IMG/VR virus record: IMGVR_UViG_3300022407_001199
Span: 1 to 59,520 of that record
Source of the DNA: a virus
Taxonomy: Duplodnaviria > Caudoviricetes
Strand: one strand, 5' to 3'
DNA: 59,520 nt
Made by a program: the position numbers and the translations under genes. How positions within the stretch are numbered: the stretch's first letter is position 1; every line of letters begins with the position of its first letter. The notes beneath the pieces were generated by a model. That model had not been told where the DNA came from. It saw only the letters and a program-made list of their open reading frames with translations, and did no database searches. Positions 17,605 to 26,755 of this stretch are shown here, in pieces.

Positions 17605-17994
17605 ATGGGCAATAGATTCGCGTCAGGCAAGAACTCCATTGCGGAGTGTGACCGTTGTGGGCAACGGTTCAAGCTGACTGCGCTCAAGAAAGAAATCAAG
17701 AAGACCCACCTCTACAACATTTTGGTTTGTACGCAGTGTTGGGATCCAGATCATCCGCAACTTCAACTGGGTATGTATCCAGTAGATGATCCGCAAGCAG
17801 TACGCGAACCACGCCGGGATACGACCTACTACGTGTCAGGCGTTACCTCTGATGGGTCGTTGGGCGGGGGTAGTAGAGTGTTTCAATGGGGCTGGAATCC
17901 GGTTGGTGGAGCCAGCAGTTTCGATACCTTGCTAACACCAAACTACTTGGTAGCGCAAGGGATTGTTGGTACAGTCACGGTAGTGACGACATAA
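17605..17994 (+). CDS. Zn-binding hypothetical protein
   Basis: CDRC...CTQC. Confidence 0.7.
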   Translation: MGNRFASGKNSIAECDRCGQRFKLTALKKEIKKTHLYNILVCTQCWDPDHPQLQLGMYPVDDPQAVREPRRDTTYYVSGVTSDGSLGGGSRVFQWGWNPVGGASSFDTLLTPNYLVAQGIVGTVTVVTT

Positions 17995-18003
17995 GGAGGC
18001 CGT

Positions 18004-18195
18004 ATGGCTAAGGAAAACAGCAAGTCTGACATGGCTCAAGATAAAGCTATGGTCAAGAAAGCAGTTGGGAAGCACGAGAAACGTCTGCATCCCGGCAAGT
18101 CGCTCACCAAGCTCAAAAAAGGTGGCCCTACGTCTGAAGACCGTATGCGTCTTGGTCGTGGTATGTCTCGCGCTGCTAACCAGAAGACGGGTTGA
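18004..18195 (+). CDS. Small basic protein (LKKGG)
   Basis: AAGGAGG SD. Confidence 0.7.
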   Translation: MAKENSKSDMAQDKAMVKKAVGKHEKRLHPGKSLTKLKKGGPTSEDRMRLGRGMSRAANQKTG

Positions 18196-18198
18196 ATC

Positions 18199-18456
18199 AT
18201 GGCTAAGTACAGTCAGAAAGAAAACGGCAAGGAAGTCGGTCAGGCTCGCGTTTACGCAGAGCCCCACACCATGTCGGGCAAGCCTTTGGGCATCAATGAC
18301 TACGGCAAGAAACCCACCATGCCCCGTAAAGAAGGCTGGACGCCAATGGAAGGCGTTTCGCTGGGTGACTGCGGCGGTGTGAAGACTGATGGCATCAAGA
18401 TGCGTGGTACAGGCTGCGCTACCAAGGGTACGATGTCTAGAGGTCCGATGGCATGA
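18199..18456 (+). CDS. Small basic protein (MRGTGCATKG)
   Basis: ORF in a tightly packed operon. Confidence 0.7.
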   Translation: MAKYSQKENGKEVGQARVYAEPHTMSGKPLGINDYGKKPTMPRKEGWTPMEGVSLGDCGGVKTDGIKMRGTGCATKGTMSRGPMA

Positions 18457-19109
18457 ATTACACCGCTCTTGTAAATACGGTTACCTCCTATACGGAGGAT
18501 CAATTCAGTACAACGGACATCAATACGTTCATTGTTCAGGCTGAAACACGTATCTACAACAGCGTGCAGTTCCCGTCCTTGCGGAAAAATGTCACTAGCA
18601 CGTTAACCGGACTTGATCAGTATTTGGACTGTCCTTCGGACTTCCTGTCGGTCTACTCAATGGCAGTCTACGAAAGTGGCGGTCCATACACGTACCTGCT
18701 GAACAAGGATGTCAACTTCATCCGCGAAGCATACCCAGTGCCAACAGCTACTGGGACGCCGAAACACTATGCGCTTTTTGGGCAGACGTTCGCAGACCCC
18801 AACGAGTTGGTGTTCCTTCTCGGCCCCACGCCAGATCAAAACTATGAAGTCGAGTTGCACTACTTCTACTACCCAGAGTCGATCACCACAGTTGCTGGCG
18901 GACAGACTTGGCTCGGGGAAAACTTTGATCCTGTTCTGTTGTACGGAACGCTTGTCGAGGCGTACACCTACATGAAGGGTGAAGCAGACATGATGCAGTT
19001 GTACGAAGGTAAGTACAAGGAAGCTCTTGCACTTGCTAAACGTCTGGGCGATGGTCTGGAGCGTCAGGATGCGTATCGTTCTGGTCAGTATAGGCAACCT
19101 GTGAACTGA
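18453..19109 (+). CDS. Second putative adaptor/tail tubular protein
   Basis: FIVQAETRIY...LGPTPDQNYEVELHY...LLYGTLVEAY adaptor-like pattern. Confidence 0.65.
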   Translation: MNYTALVNTVTSYTEDQFSTTDINTFIVQAETRIYNSVQFPSLRKNVTSTLTGLDQYLDCPSDFLSVYSMAVYESGGPYTYLLNKDVNFIREAYPVPTATGTPKHYALFGQTFADPNELVFLLGPTPDQNYEVELHYFYYPESITTVAGGQTWLGENFDPVLLYGTLVEAYTYMKGEADMMQLYEGKYKEALALAKRLGDGLERQDAYRSGQYRQPVN

Positions 19110-19110
19110 T

Positions 19111-19524
19111 ATGTCGCTTACCCAAACGATGACGACAAGCTTCAAGGCTGAACTGCCGCAAGCAGTTCATAACCTCTTGGCGGACACAATCAAGATGGCG
19201 CTGTATACAGCCGAGGCTACGCTGAACGCAGATACCGCCGTGTACACCACAGACAATGAGGTTGTAGCGTCAGGCTATACAGCCGGGGGCAACACGTTAA
19301 CGGATGCCACCATCACTACCGCTAACAATGTGGCGTACATCAGCTTTGCCAATCCATATTGGAATTCAGCACTGACAGCGCGTGGGGCGCTGATCTACAA
19401 TCTGACCAAGGCCAATAGGTCGATTGCTGTGCTTGACTTCGGCGCAGATAAGACCTCTACGGTCACGTTTACCGTTACACTCCCCGCAAACACCTCAACC
19501 TCTTCACTACTCCGCATAGCATGA
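19111..19524 (+). CDS. Tail-associated structural protein, 137 aa
   Basis: Paralogous to gene 19765 (SFKxE, KxALxxA, YTAGG, ALxYN, DFG/NFG). Confidence 0.7.
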   Translation: MSLTQTMTTSFKAELPQAVHNLLADTIKMALYTAEATLNADTAVYTTDNEVVASGYTAGGNTLTDATITTANNVAYISFANPYWNSALTARGALIYNLTKANRSIAVLDFGADKTSTVTFTVTLPANTSTSSLLRIA

Positions 19525-19754
19525 GCACTGAAATTACCCCAGTCCAGAACACCGACACGCCCCTCATCCACACAGCACTCGGCAACGTGCCAGTTGACTC
19601 TTTGGTCTATGAAACGGCATGGGATATCACCTCAACGTACATCAAGTTTGTCGAGAAGTACACCGACAAAAGCAGCGGAGAGATTGTTCGAGAAAACGCT
19701 CATGTCTTCAGCCTACTCAGCGTGACAGGCGAAGCTATTCCTAGTAAGTTCTAA
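19521..19754 (+). CDS. Hypothetical protein, 77 aa
   Basis: ATGA coupling. Confidence 0.65.
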   Translation: MSTEITPVQNTDTPLIHTALGNVPVDSLVYETAWDITSTYIKFVEKYTDKSSGEIVRENAHVFSLLSVTGEAIPSKF

Positions 19755-19764
19755 GGAGATAAAA

Positions 19765-20214
19765 ATGGCTAATACCCAAGCAATGTGTAATTCTTTCAAG
19801 ACTGAGATTCTTCAGGCTTATCACAATTTCTACGCAACCAACGCTGCCCGGACGATCAATACCGCCGACACCTTCAAAGGTGCGTTGTTTTACGCTTCTG
19901 GTTCTCTTGGCGCTGGCACTACTATCTACTCAGCCACTAGTGAGGTTACGTCTTCTACCGCAAACTACACTGCGGGGGGAAATCCGTTCACCCAAACTAA
20001 TCCCGCTCTTGTGTCGGGTAGCGCACAGTGGACACCCTCAGCACCGTTGGTGTGGACTGGCGTTACGATTGTCGCATTTGATGCGCTGCTTGTTTACAAC
20101 TCTAGTCAGGGTGCTCGTGCCGTCAGTGTCCATAACTTTGGCTCACAGACAATCAACAACGGCACTTTCAGCTTGACGATGCCTGTCTCTGGTGGACTTA
20201 TTAGTATTACTTAA
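19765..20214 (+). CDS. Tail-associated structural protein, 149 aa
   Basis: AAGGAG SD; paralog of gene 19111. Confidence 0.7.
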   Translation: MANTQAMCNSFKTEILQAYHNFYATNAARTINTADTFKGALFYASGSLGAGTTIYSATSEVTSSTANYTAGGNPFTQTNPALVSGSAQWTPSAPLVWTGVTIVAFDALLVYNSSQGARAVSVHNFGSQTINNGTFSLTMPVSGGLISIT

Positions 20215-20222
20215 GGCTTAAA

Positions 20223-21965
20223 ATGTCTTGGGTGGCTATTGATACCGGACCGAGTGACTCATGGAGTTCTGTTGTCCGCCCTGTCGTTGCCGATTTAAGT
20301 GGTGTTAACGGAGCTACAGGGGCGGGCCACGCAACCTTCGTCTACATCAGGCAGTTGTCTGGGGTATCGGCAGTAGCCGCCGCTAGATCAATAACACCAT
20401 CACTTGCGGGGCTACCCTCTAACGTACCTGCTACAGGTGCGTTAGGCGAGTTTATCGTCTATGCAACGCCGTTTATCACTCTTGATCTGACAACGCTTCC
20501 GTTGACGGGCGGTACAGGCACACTTGGTAATCAAAGAACGAAGGCGCTAGCAACCCGTTCGGCGGCTAGTGTTGCGCGTACTGTAGGGGCGGTTGTAACT
20601 GAAGGTGGGGACACCGAGATCACTCTTGGGCTTGTTGGGGTAGCCGCTGTTGCAGACAATGGCGATTTGGGCGATACCGCCCAGAAACAAATTCCCGCAG
20701 TAAGCGCTACAACTAACGTAGCAACAATCAATGAAAAGACTGACAAGGCGCTCACTACAGTGCCAAGCTCCGCTGCGGCGGGAACAGCGGTGTACAACAC
20801 TGAACGCCCAGTCATCTCTGTAGGTGCGTCAACAGCGGTGGGCTCCCCCACCGATAAAATCACTGTAGCCCTCACAGGTAACTCCGCTGCTGCTACTGCG
20901 GGTACGATTGTTTACCTCCTTCGCTCCGTATACAACCTGACTATCACAGCGGCCACTGGCGGGGCTGCAACTCTTAACTACTTCACGGGCGCGGCGACGA
21001 ACTTAGCTGTCTCCACAACCGGAACGTATATCGCTGGGTTTACGGATATCACGGTGACGGTAAACGCTGGAGTAACTATCTATAGTAATAGCGTTGCTGA
21101 TGCAGCCCTGACATTGTTTATGACAGAAGGCTATTCGCTGGAAGAGCAAGATACACTGGCGTTCATAAACAACGGGAACATTATAGGTAAGGGGGGTAAT
21201 GCCGGGACTTGGCCCGCACCTCCGTATAGTGCAGGTGCACCTGCTCAATATATTTTCCCTCAAGTCGGCGGCGATGCGTTAATTATCTGGGGATACCCAC
21301 TTGTTTCTGGTACGGGTTACTTACTGGTCACGATAAATAACACAGGTAAGATATTTGCTGGTGGTGGTGGGGCGGGGACTATTGGTGGTAGTAATGGTGG
21401 GGTTGGTGGTGGCGGTGGGGCTGGCGGTGGGGCTGGCGGTGTGGGGCTGTATTACAACTACTACGATGATTTTAACTATACTGCTGGGGGTGCGGGAGGG
21501 GCTCTTGGTGCTGCGGGTAGTAATGGGACCACTACGGGCACAGTCGGCAGTGTTGGGTCCACCCCCGGCGTATATGCGGCTAGTGGCGGCGGCGGCGGAA
21601 ATAACCTAACAACAACCACGGGCGCGGTGGCAGTTACAGATCTTTGGAGTGGGAATAACGTAGCCACTCGTGGATTAGGGGGGAATGCTGGTGGATCGGG
21701 AGCGGCATGGGTGACAGATGGCATTCGTATGGCGGCGGGCGGCGGCGGTGGTTGGGGGGGTCGAGGTGGCTACGCTGGGCTCGCTGGCGGTAATGGCGTT
21801 TATACGCTTACTTCCGGTGCGGGGGGATCAAACGGAAGCGCTGGCGGCAACGCTTTTACCAATACTACGGCGGGCGCTAATGGGGGGAACGCACTTTATT
21901 TTGATGGTTTTCTAAACGATTTCACTAATACCGGCACTATTTACGGATTTAACACCTTGGCATAA
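20223..21965 (+). CDS. Tail fibre with Gly-rich, T-even gp38-like adhesin C-terminus
   Basis: NNGNIIGKGG, INNTGKIFAGGGG, polyglycine runs and terminal NTGTIYG. Confidence 0.7.
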   Translation: MSWVAIDTGPSDSWSSVVRPVVADLSGVNGATGAGHATFVYIRQLSGVSAVAAARSITPSLAGLPSNVPATGALGEFIVYATPFITLDLTTLPLTGGTGTLGNQRTKALATRSAASVARTVGAVVTEGGDTEITLGLVGVAAVADNGDLGDTAQKQIPAVSATTNVATINEKTDKALTTVPSSAAAGTAVYNTERPVISVGASTAVGSPTDKITVALTGNSAAATAGTIVYLLRSVYNLTITAATGGAATLNYFTGAATNLAVSTTGTYIAGFTDITVTVNAGVTIYSNSVADAALTLFMTEGYSLEEQDTLAFINNGNIIGKGGNAGTWPAPPYSAGAPAQYIFPQVGGDALIIWGYPLVSGTGYLLVTINNTGKIFAGGGGAGTIGGSNGGVGGGGGAGGGAGGVGLYYNYYDDFNYTAGGAGGALGAAGSNGTTTGTVGSVGSTPGVYAASGGGGGNNLTTTTGAVAVTDLWSGNNVATRGLGGNAGGSGAAWVTDGIRMAAGGGGGWGGRGGYAGLAGGNGVYTLTSGAGGSNGSAGGNAFTNTTAGANGGNALYFDGFLNDFTNTGTIYGFNTLA

Positions 21966-21974
21966 CTCTATAGT

Positions 21975-22391
21975 ATGAAAAACTTTCGTATTAACGGCGA
22001 TTTTGGTCAAAAAGAGTTTGACTCTATTGAAGGAGCGCGGGCTGTTTTGGCGTTTTCTTTCGAGAAGCACTTTGAGGCTAATAGAAAGCGTTACTTCGTA
22101 CAGTGCAGAACAATCACAGGCGAGAACTCACACCGTTCGGTCTCCGTAGACCCCTTTGATGCCGAAGCCATCATACCTCCAGCAGATGCATATGCGGCTT
22201 TTGATCATACTGGTGGCGGCTACACACTGTTTGATGATTTCCAGAGCGCAAAAAACATGGCTGTCGCTGCATATCAGCAACGCTATAACGAGATGAGAGA
22301 CTGCTTTACGGTGGAGTACAAGGATGTAGACCCCGAGACAGGTGCTCCCGTCTGGAGATTCTTCGAGAGTCTTACTACTTTAGGACTGTAA
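21975..22391 (+). CDS. Hypothetical protein (possible fibre chaperone)
   Basis: Follows the fibre gene; positional call. Confidence 0.55.
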   Translation: MKNFRINGDFGQKEFDSIEGARAVLAFSFEKHFEANRKRYFVQCRTITGENSHRSVSVDPFDAEAIIPPADAYAAFDHTGGGYTLFDDFQSAKNMAVAAYQQRYNEMRDCFTVEYKDVDPETGAPVWRFFESLTTLGL

Positions 22392-23528
22392 ATGACTACT
22401 ACTTATTCCCCAAATCTTCGCCTGTCCATTATCGGTAATGGCGAGCAAGCAGGTGCGTGGGGAGACACAACCAATACCAATCTTGGAACGCTGCTTGAAG
22501 GCGCGATTTCAGGCTTTCAACCTATTAGTATTACTCTTACGAGCCAAGCGCTTGTTGCAACCAACGGAGCCGCCGACCAAGCACGGCTGGCAATGATCCA
22601 GCTAAATTCGTCGCTTGGATCAGCGTTTTCTGTTTTTGTACCGCCGACGCCGAAGCAGTACATATTCTTCAACAACTCTTCTCAGACGGCCACCATCTAC
22701 TGCGCTACTACGATAAATGGTACGACCATCGGTGGTGACGGTATTGCGATCCCCGCAGGTGGGACGATGGCGGTGTGGAACACCGGGGCTCCAGACCTCG
22801 ATATAAAGCAGCAAAGCACGCACTTTATAGCCCCAACGATGAACAACCCCGTCATGGCGGGGACTCCTCTCGTTCCTACCGCTGCCGCAGGGACGGACAC
22901 GCTTCAAGCTGCGTCTACCGCTTTTGTGAAAGCCGCCATCGCCGCCGCTGCAAACCTGCTTTTCCCTGTGGGGTCTATCTACACCAATGCTACTAACGCC
23001 ACCAATCCGGGCGACGTCACGATGCTTGGTTTTGGTACTTGGGTAGCGTTTGGTGCAACTAGGGTTCTTGCTGGCTATGATGCTGGCAATGCAAACTTTA
23101 ACGCTGCGGGTTTAACGGGCGGTTCTGCGAATGCGGTTGTTGTTAGCCACGGGCACTTAGCAACGACACCCCTTGCAAACACCGCTCACTCGCACACGGG
23201 GACTACTGTATCGGCAGGTACTCACACCCACAACTTCGGTCCGGGTAATTTCTCGTCAGCGGATGGTCCTGATGCGCCTGCTAACTACATCGTTGCAGAC
23301 CAAGGGCAGAGCGGTAATGCTGGTACTGCGACCTTGCAGGGCATAACGTACCTACAGACAGCGGGGGCGCACACCCACACGTTTACCACTGCTAACAACA
23401 CCACATTACCCACTGCAACTACTACCGTAGCCGCCCCCACTGCAACCGCCCCCATTGTTGTTGCCAGTGGAATAGACGCTAACTACCAGCCATACATCAC
23501 CGTGTTCATGTGGAGACGGACAGCTTAA
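22392..23528 (+). CDS. Tail fibre/collar protein (T4 gp10/gp12 C-terminal-like)
   Basis: FPVGSIY...NP...GFGTW, HxH repeats (HGH, HSH, HTH), QPYITVFMWRRTA. Confidence 0.8.
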   Translation: MTTTYSPNLRLSIIGNGEQAGAWGDTTNTNLGTLLEGAISGFQPISITLTSQALVATNGAADQARLAMIQLNSSLGSAFSVFVPPTPKQYIFFNNSSQTATIYCATTINGTTIGGDGIAIPAGGTMAVWNTGAPDLDIKQQSTHFIAPTMNNPVMAGTPLVPTAAAGTDTLQAASTAFVKAAIAAAANLLFPVGSIYTNATNATNPGDVTMLGFGTWVAFGATRVLAGYDAGNANFNAAGLTGGSANAVVVSHGHLATTPLANTAHSHTGTTVSAGTHTHNFGPGNFSSADGPDAPANYIVADQGQSGNAGTATLQGITYLQTAGAHTHTFTTANNTTLPTATTTVAAPTATAPIVVASGIDANYQPYITVFMWRRTA

Positions 23529-24013
23529 TGAATGAACTTATTCAGTTTCTGGCAAGAACTGCCCCTGCTCTGGCGAGTATCGTTGCTGGACCTATTGGGG
23601 GTCTTGCTGTTTCTGCTATTGCTAAAAAGTTTGGAGTAGAAGACACCGTGGATGCGGTGACCAAAGCAGTAGTAGAAGACCCCGAAGCTGCGCTCAAGTT
23701 GGCACAGATTGATCTGGACAAACTGAAAGCAGAATACGCCAACACTGCCGACGCTAGAGATATGCAGAAGATTGCGCTACAGCAGTCCGACATCTTCTCT
23801 AAACGCTTCACGATGTATTTGACAGTGTTCTGGTCTGTTGCCGCAGCAGCCTACGTTGGCTTTATTACGTTTGGCGTAATTCCAGAGAATAACGTCAGGT
23901 TTGCCGACACGATTCTCGGCTTCATATTGGGCACGGTAGTGTCTACTGTTTTGAATTTTTGGTTTGGCTCCTCCATCGGCTCCAAGGAAAAAGGCGAGGC
24001 ACTGAGAAAATGA
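23528..24013 (+). CDS. Putative holin
   Basis: Hydrophobic segments, ARDMQ and FWFGSS motifs; coupled to the endolysin. Confidence 0.7.
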   Translation: MNELIQFLARTAPALASIVAGPIGGLAVSAIAKKFGVEDTVDAVTKAVVEDPEAALKLAQIDLDKLKAEYANTADARDMQKIALQQSDIFSKRFTMYLTVFWSVAAAAYVGFITFGVIPENNVRFADTILGFILGTVVSTVLNFWFGSSIGSKEKGEALRK

Positions 24014-24516
24014 ACACCAACTTCGATGCCTGCTTCAACCACCTGATCAAACACGAGGGGGGTTACGTTAACCACCCCAGCGATCCGGGAGGGAGGACAA
24101 ACCTTGGAATCACCCAAGAGGTTTGGGAGAATTGGGTGGATCGCGCAGTTACTGAAGACGAAATGAAGCGTCTTACTCCTGAAAAGGTTAAGCCGCTGTA
24201 CAAGGATTTGTACTGGGAGCGCATTAAAGGTGATCAACTGCCTAATGGGCTGGACTACTGCGTCTTCGATGCGTGCGTCAATTCCGGTGTGCGTCGGGCA
24301 TCTCAATGGCTACAAGCCGCATTGGGTGTAGCAGCAGATGGTTCTATCGGCCCGCGCACTATTGCTGCGGCAATCGCCACTCCGCCAGTTGCCACGATTA
24401 CCAATTTCTGCGCCCAGCGTTTACACTTCCTTCAGGGCTTATCTACTTGGGCGACGTTCGGTAGGGGCTGGGAGCGTAGAGTCAATGAAGTAAAAGCCAC
24501 CGCACTCTCAATGTGA
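24010..24516 (+). CDS. Endolysin, glycosyl hydrolase family 108 with peptidoglycan-binding C-terminus
   Basis: HEGGYVNHPSDPGGRTNLGIT; FGRGWERR. Confidence 0.92.
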   Translation: MNTNFDACFNHLIKHEGGYVNHPSDPGGRTNLGITQEVWENWVDRAVTEDEMKRLTPEKVKPLYKDLYWERIKGDQLPNGLDYCVFDACVNSGVRRASQWLQAALGVAADGSIGPRTIAAAIATPPVATITNFCAQRLHFLQGLSTWATFGRGWERRVNEVKATALSM

Positions 24517-24523
24517 GGCATCC

Positions 24524-26755
24524 ATGCCACTACAAAAACTCGAATTCAAGCCGGGGGTAAACCGAGAAAGCACCTCTTATGCTAATGAGGGGGGCTGGTT
24601 CGAGTGCAACAAAATCCGTTTCCGCTCTGGTCAGGTCGAGAAACTTGGCGGATGGGCAAGAGACACAGGTACGCTTGCTACGGCTAATAGCGGCCCACCA
24701 ACCGGAGTGTTGTGGGGAGCGGCGCGATCTATGTGGAATTGGGTCACGCTGTCTGGATACAACCTGTTAGGCATCGGGACAAACTTAAAGTACTACATCC
24801 AGAACGGGGTGGGGGGTGCTTTTTACGATGCAACTCCAATACGACTCACGCATACAAGCATAACGAATGCGTTTACGACCACAGTTGGGTCTACGACGGT
24901 GCGGGTAAATGATCCAAATCACGGCGCTCAGACCGGAGACTTCGTAACTATCTCTGGCGGCGCAACAGTTAGTGGTATTGCAATGAACGGTGAGTATCAG
25001 ATCACCTACCTTAGCTCTAATACGTACAACATTACCACTACTGGCGCTCCTGCATCGGGGTCCACCACTGCGGGAACCGCTACCTTTACGTATCAGATTA
25101 CGTCAGGTAATGAGATCTACACCACTGGTGTTGGTTGGGGCGCGGGCAACTGGGGCGGTAGTGTTACAGGTGTTGCGTCTACGACAATTACTGCCGCAAT
25201 CAACTCGACAATATCTGTAATCCCAGTTGCAAATACTGCGGGGTTTGCTACAACCCCCGGACAAGTGCTTATTGACTCTGAACTCATTACCTACACAAGT
25301 ATTACTCTGGGAATTCCCGGCTCGCTTAATGGATGCGTTCGCGGGGCTAATGGCACTGTTGCGGCGTCTCACAGTTCGGGGGCGCTTGTACAGTTAAACA
25401 CTCCGTTTATCGGTTGGGGCCGTGCGGCCCCCTCGGGTCTGGGCGTCGGCTTGCAGATGCGTATATGGAGCCAGTCCAACTTTGGTGAGAACCTTGTATT
25501 CGCTGCGCGTGGCGGACCTATGTACTATTGGGCGGTTAACGCTAACCCGACTGTGTTTGACCGAGGAGTGGAGATCGCGGCGGGAACAACTGTGGATGGG
25601 GCTCTGGTTGACGATACTTGCCCAGACACCGTAAATCTGGTTCTAGTCTCCGATGCTTCGCGGTTTGTATTCGCATTTGGGTGTAACGACCCTACCAACA
25701 CCTATGCGACGAGTGTTTTTGACCCTATGCAAATCCGTTGGTCCGATCAGGAAAGCTTTTCTGTGTGGCAACCAGCAACTACAAACCAAGCGGGGGACTA
25801 CCGCCTAAGTCGCGGATCTTCAATCGTCACCGCCATCCAGACACGCCAAGAGACCCTTGTTTTTACAGACTCCGCGCTGTACGGAATGCAGTATCTCGGC
25901 CCCCCGTATGTTTGGGGCTTTCAGATCCTTGAAGACAACATATCCATCGCAGGGCCGAATGCGGTTGCTACTGCCAGTAACGTGACTTACTGGATGGGCA
26001 TGGACAAGTTCTATATGTACTCAGGTAGAACACAAACGCTTCCTTCCACGTTGCGGGAGTATGTGTTCTCTGACATCAACTTGACCCAACAATATCAGGT
26101 TAGTGCGGGTACGAATGAGGGCTACAACGAGGTCTGGTGGAGCTACTGTTCGGCCAACTCTACCGTTGTTGATCGGTATGTTGTGTACAACTATCTGGAG
26201 AACGTCTGGCACTACGGTGACTGGTCTAACGCTAATGGGGCCAATCAAGGAAGAACGGCGTGGTTGGACAGCGCCCTACGTACAGCACCTATGGCTTGCG
26301 CGTATGGCGTTGCCGGGGGAAATACTAATGCAACGCTGGTGTACCACGAGACTGGTGTGGATGACGGTGCAGGGACTTCTACGCTTCCTATCCTCTCCTA
26401 CATCCAGTCGTCTGACTTTGATATTGGGGACGGGCACAACTACGGGTTCGTCTGGAGAATGATCCCCGATTTGACCTTTGACGGCTCCATAATTAACAAC
26501 CCGTCCGCAGACTTTACGGTTCGCCCACGGCGGTTCCCCGGATCTAACTACGGGGCTTCTCAAGAGCCTACCGTAACAAGCACCCAGAACTATCAAACTC
26601 AACGCACCTATACCGTGCAGCAGTTTACAGAACAGGTCTATGTTCGGATTCGAGGGCGGCAGATGGCGTTCAAGATAAGTTCTAACGATGCGGGCGTGCA
26701 ATGGCAACTCGGTGTGTCCCGGATTGATATCCGCCCAGATGGACGTAAAGCATAA
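24524..26755 (+). CDS. Putative tail nozzle/stabilisation protein (P22 gp10 / T7 gp12-like)
   Basis: Size, beta-propeller-like IRWSD and YVVYNY...W segments; precedes the ejection genes. Confidence 0.7.
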   Translation: MPLQKLEFKPGVNRESTSYANEGGWFECNKIRFRSGQVEKLGGWARDTGTLATANSGPPTGVLWGAARSMWNWVTLSGYNLLGIGTNLKYYIQNGVGGAFYDATPIRLTHTSITNAFTTTVGSTTVRVNDPNHGAQTGDFVTISGGATVSGIAMNGEYQITYLSSNTYNITTTGAPASGSTTAGTATFTYQITSGNEIYTTGVGWGAGNWGGSVTGVASTTITAAINSTISVIPVANTAGFATTPGQVLIDSELITYTSITLGIPGSLNGCVRGANGTVAASHSSGALVQLNTPFIGWGRAAPSGLGVGLQMRIWSQSNFGENLVFAARGGPMYYWAVNANPTVFDRGVEIAAGTTVDGALVDDTCPDTVNLVLVSDASRFVFAFGCNDPTNTYATSVFDPMQIRWSDQESFSVWQPATTNQAGDYRLSRGSSIVTAIQTRQETLVFTDSALYGMQYLGPPYVWGFQILEDNISIAGPNAVATASNVTYWMGMDKFYMYSGRTQTLPSTLREYVFSDINLTQQYQVSAGTNEGYNEVWWSYCSANSTVVDRYVVYNYLENVWHYGDWSNANGANQGRTAWLDSALRTAPMACAYGVAGGNTNATLVYHETGVDDGAGTSTLPILSYIQSSDFDIGDGHNYGFVWRMIPDLTFDGSIINNPSADFTVRPRRFPGSNYGASQEPTVTSTQNYQTQRTYTVQQFTEQVYVRIRGRQMAFKISSNDAGVQWQLGVSRIDIRPDGRKA

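Noticed and set aside
11731-23528. Diversity-generating retroelement or invertase shufflon acting on fibre genes
   Set aside because: No reverse transcriptase, no adenine-specific template/variable repeat pair seen, no recombinase; all fibre genes are co-oriented
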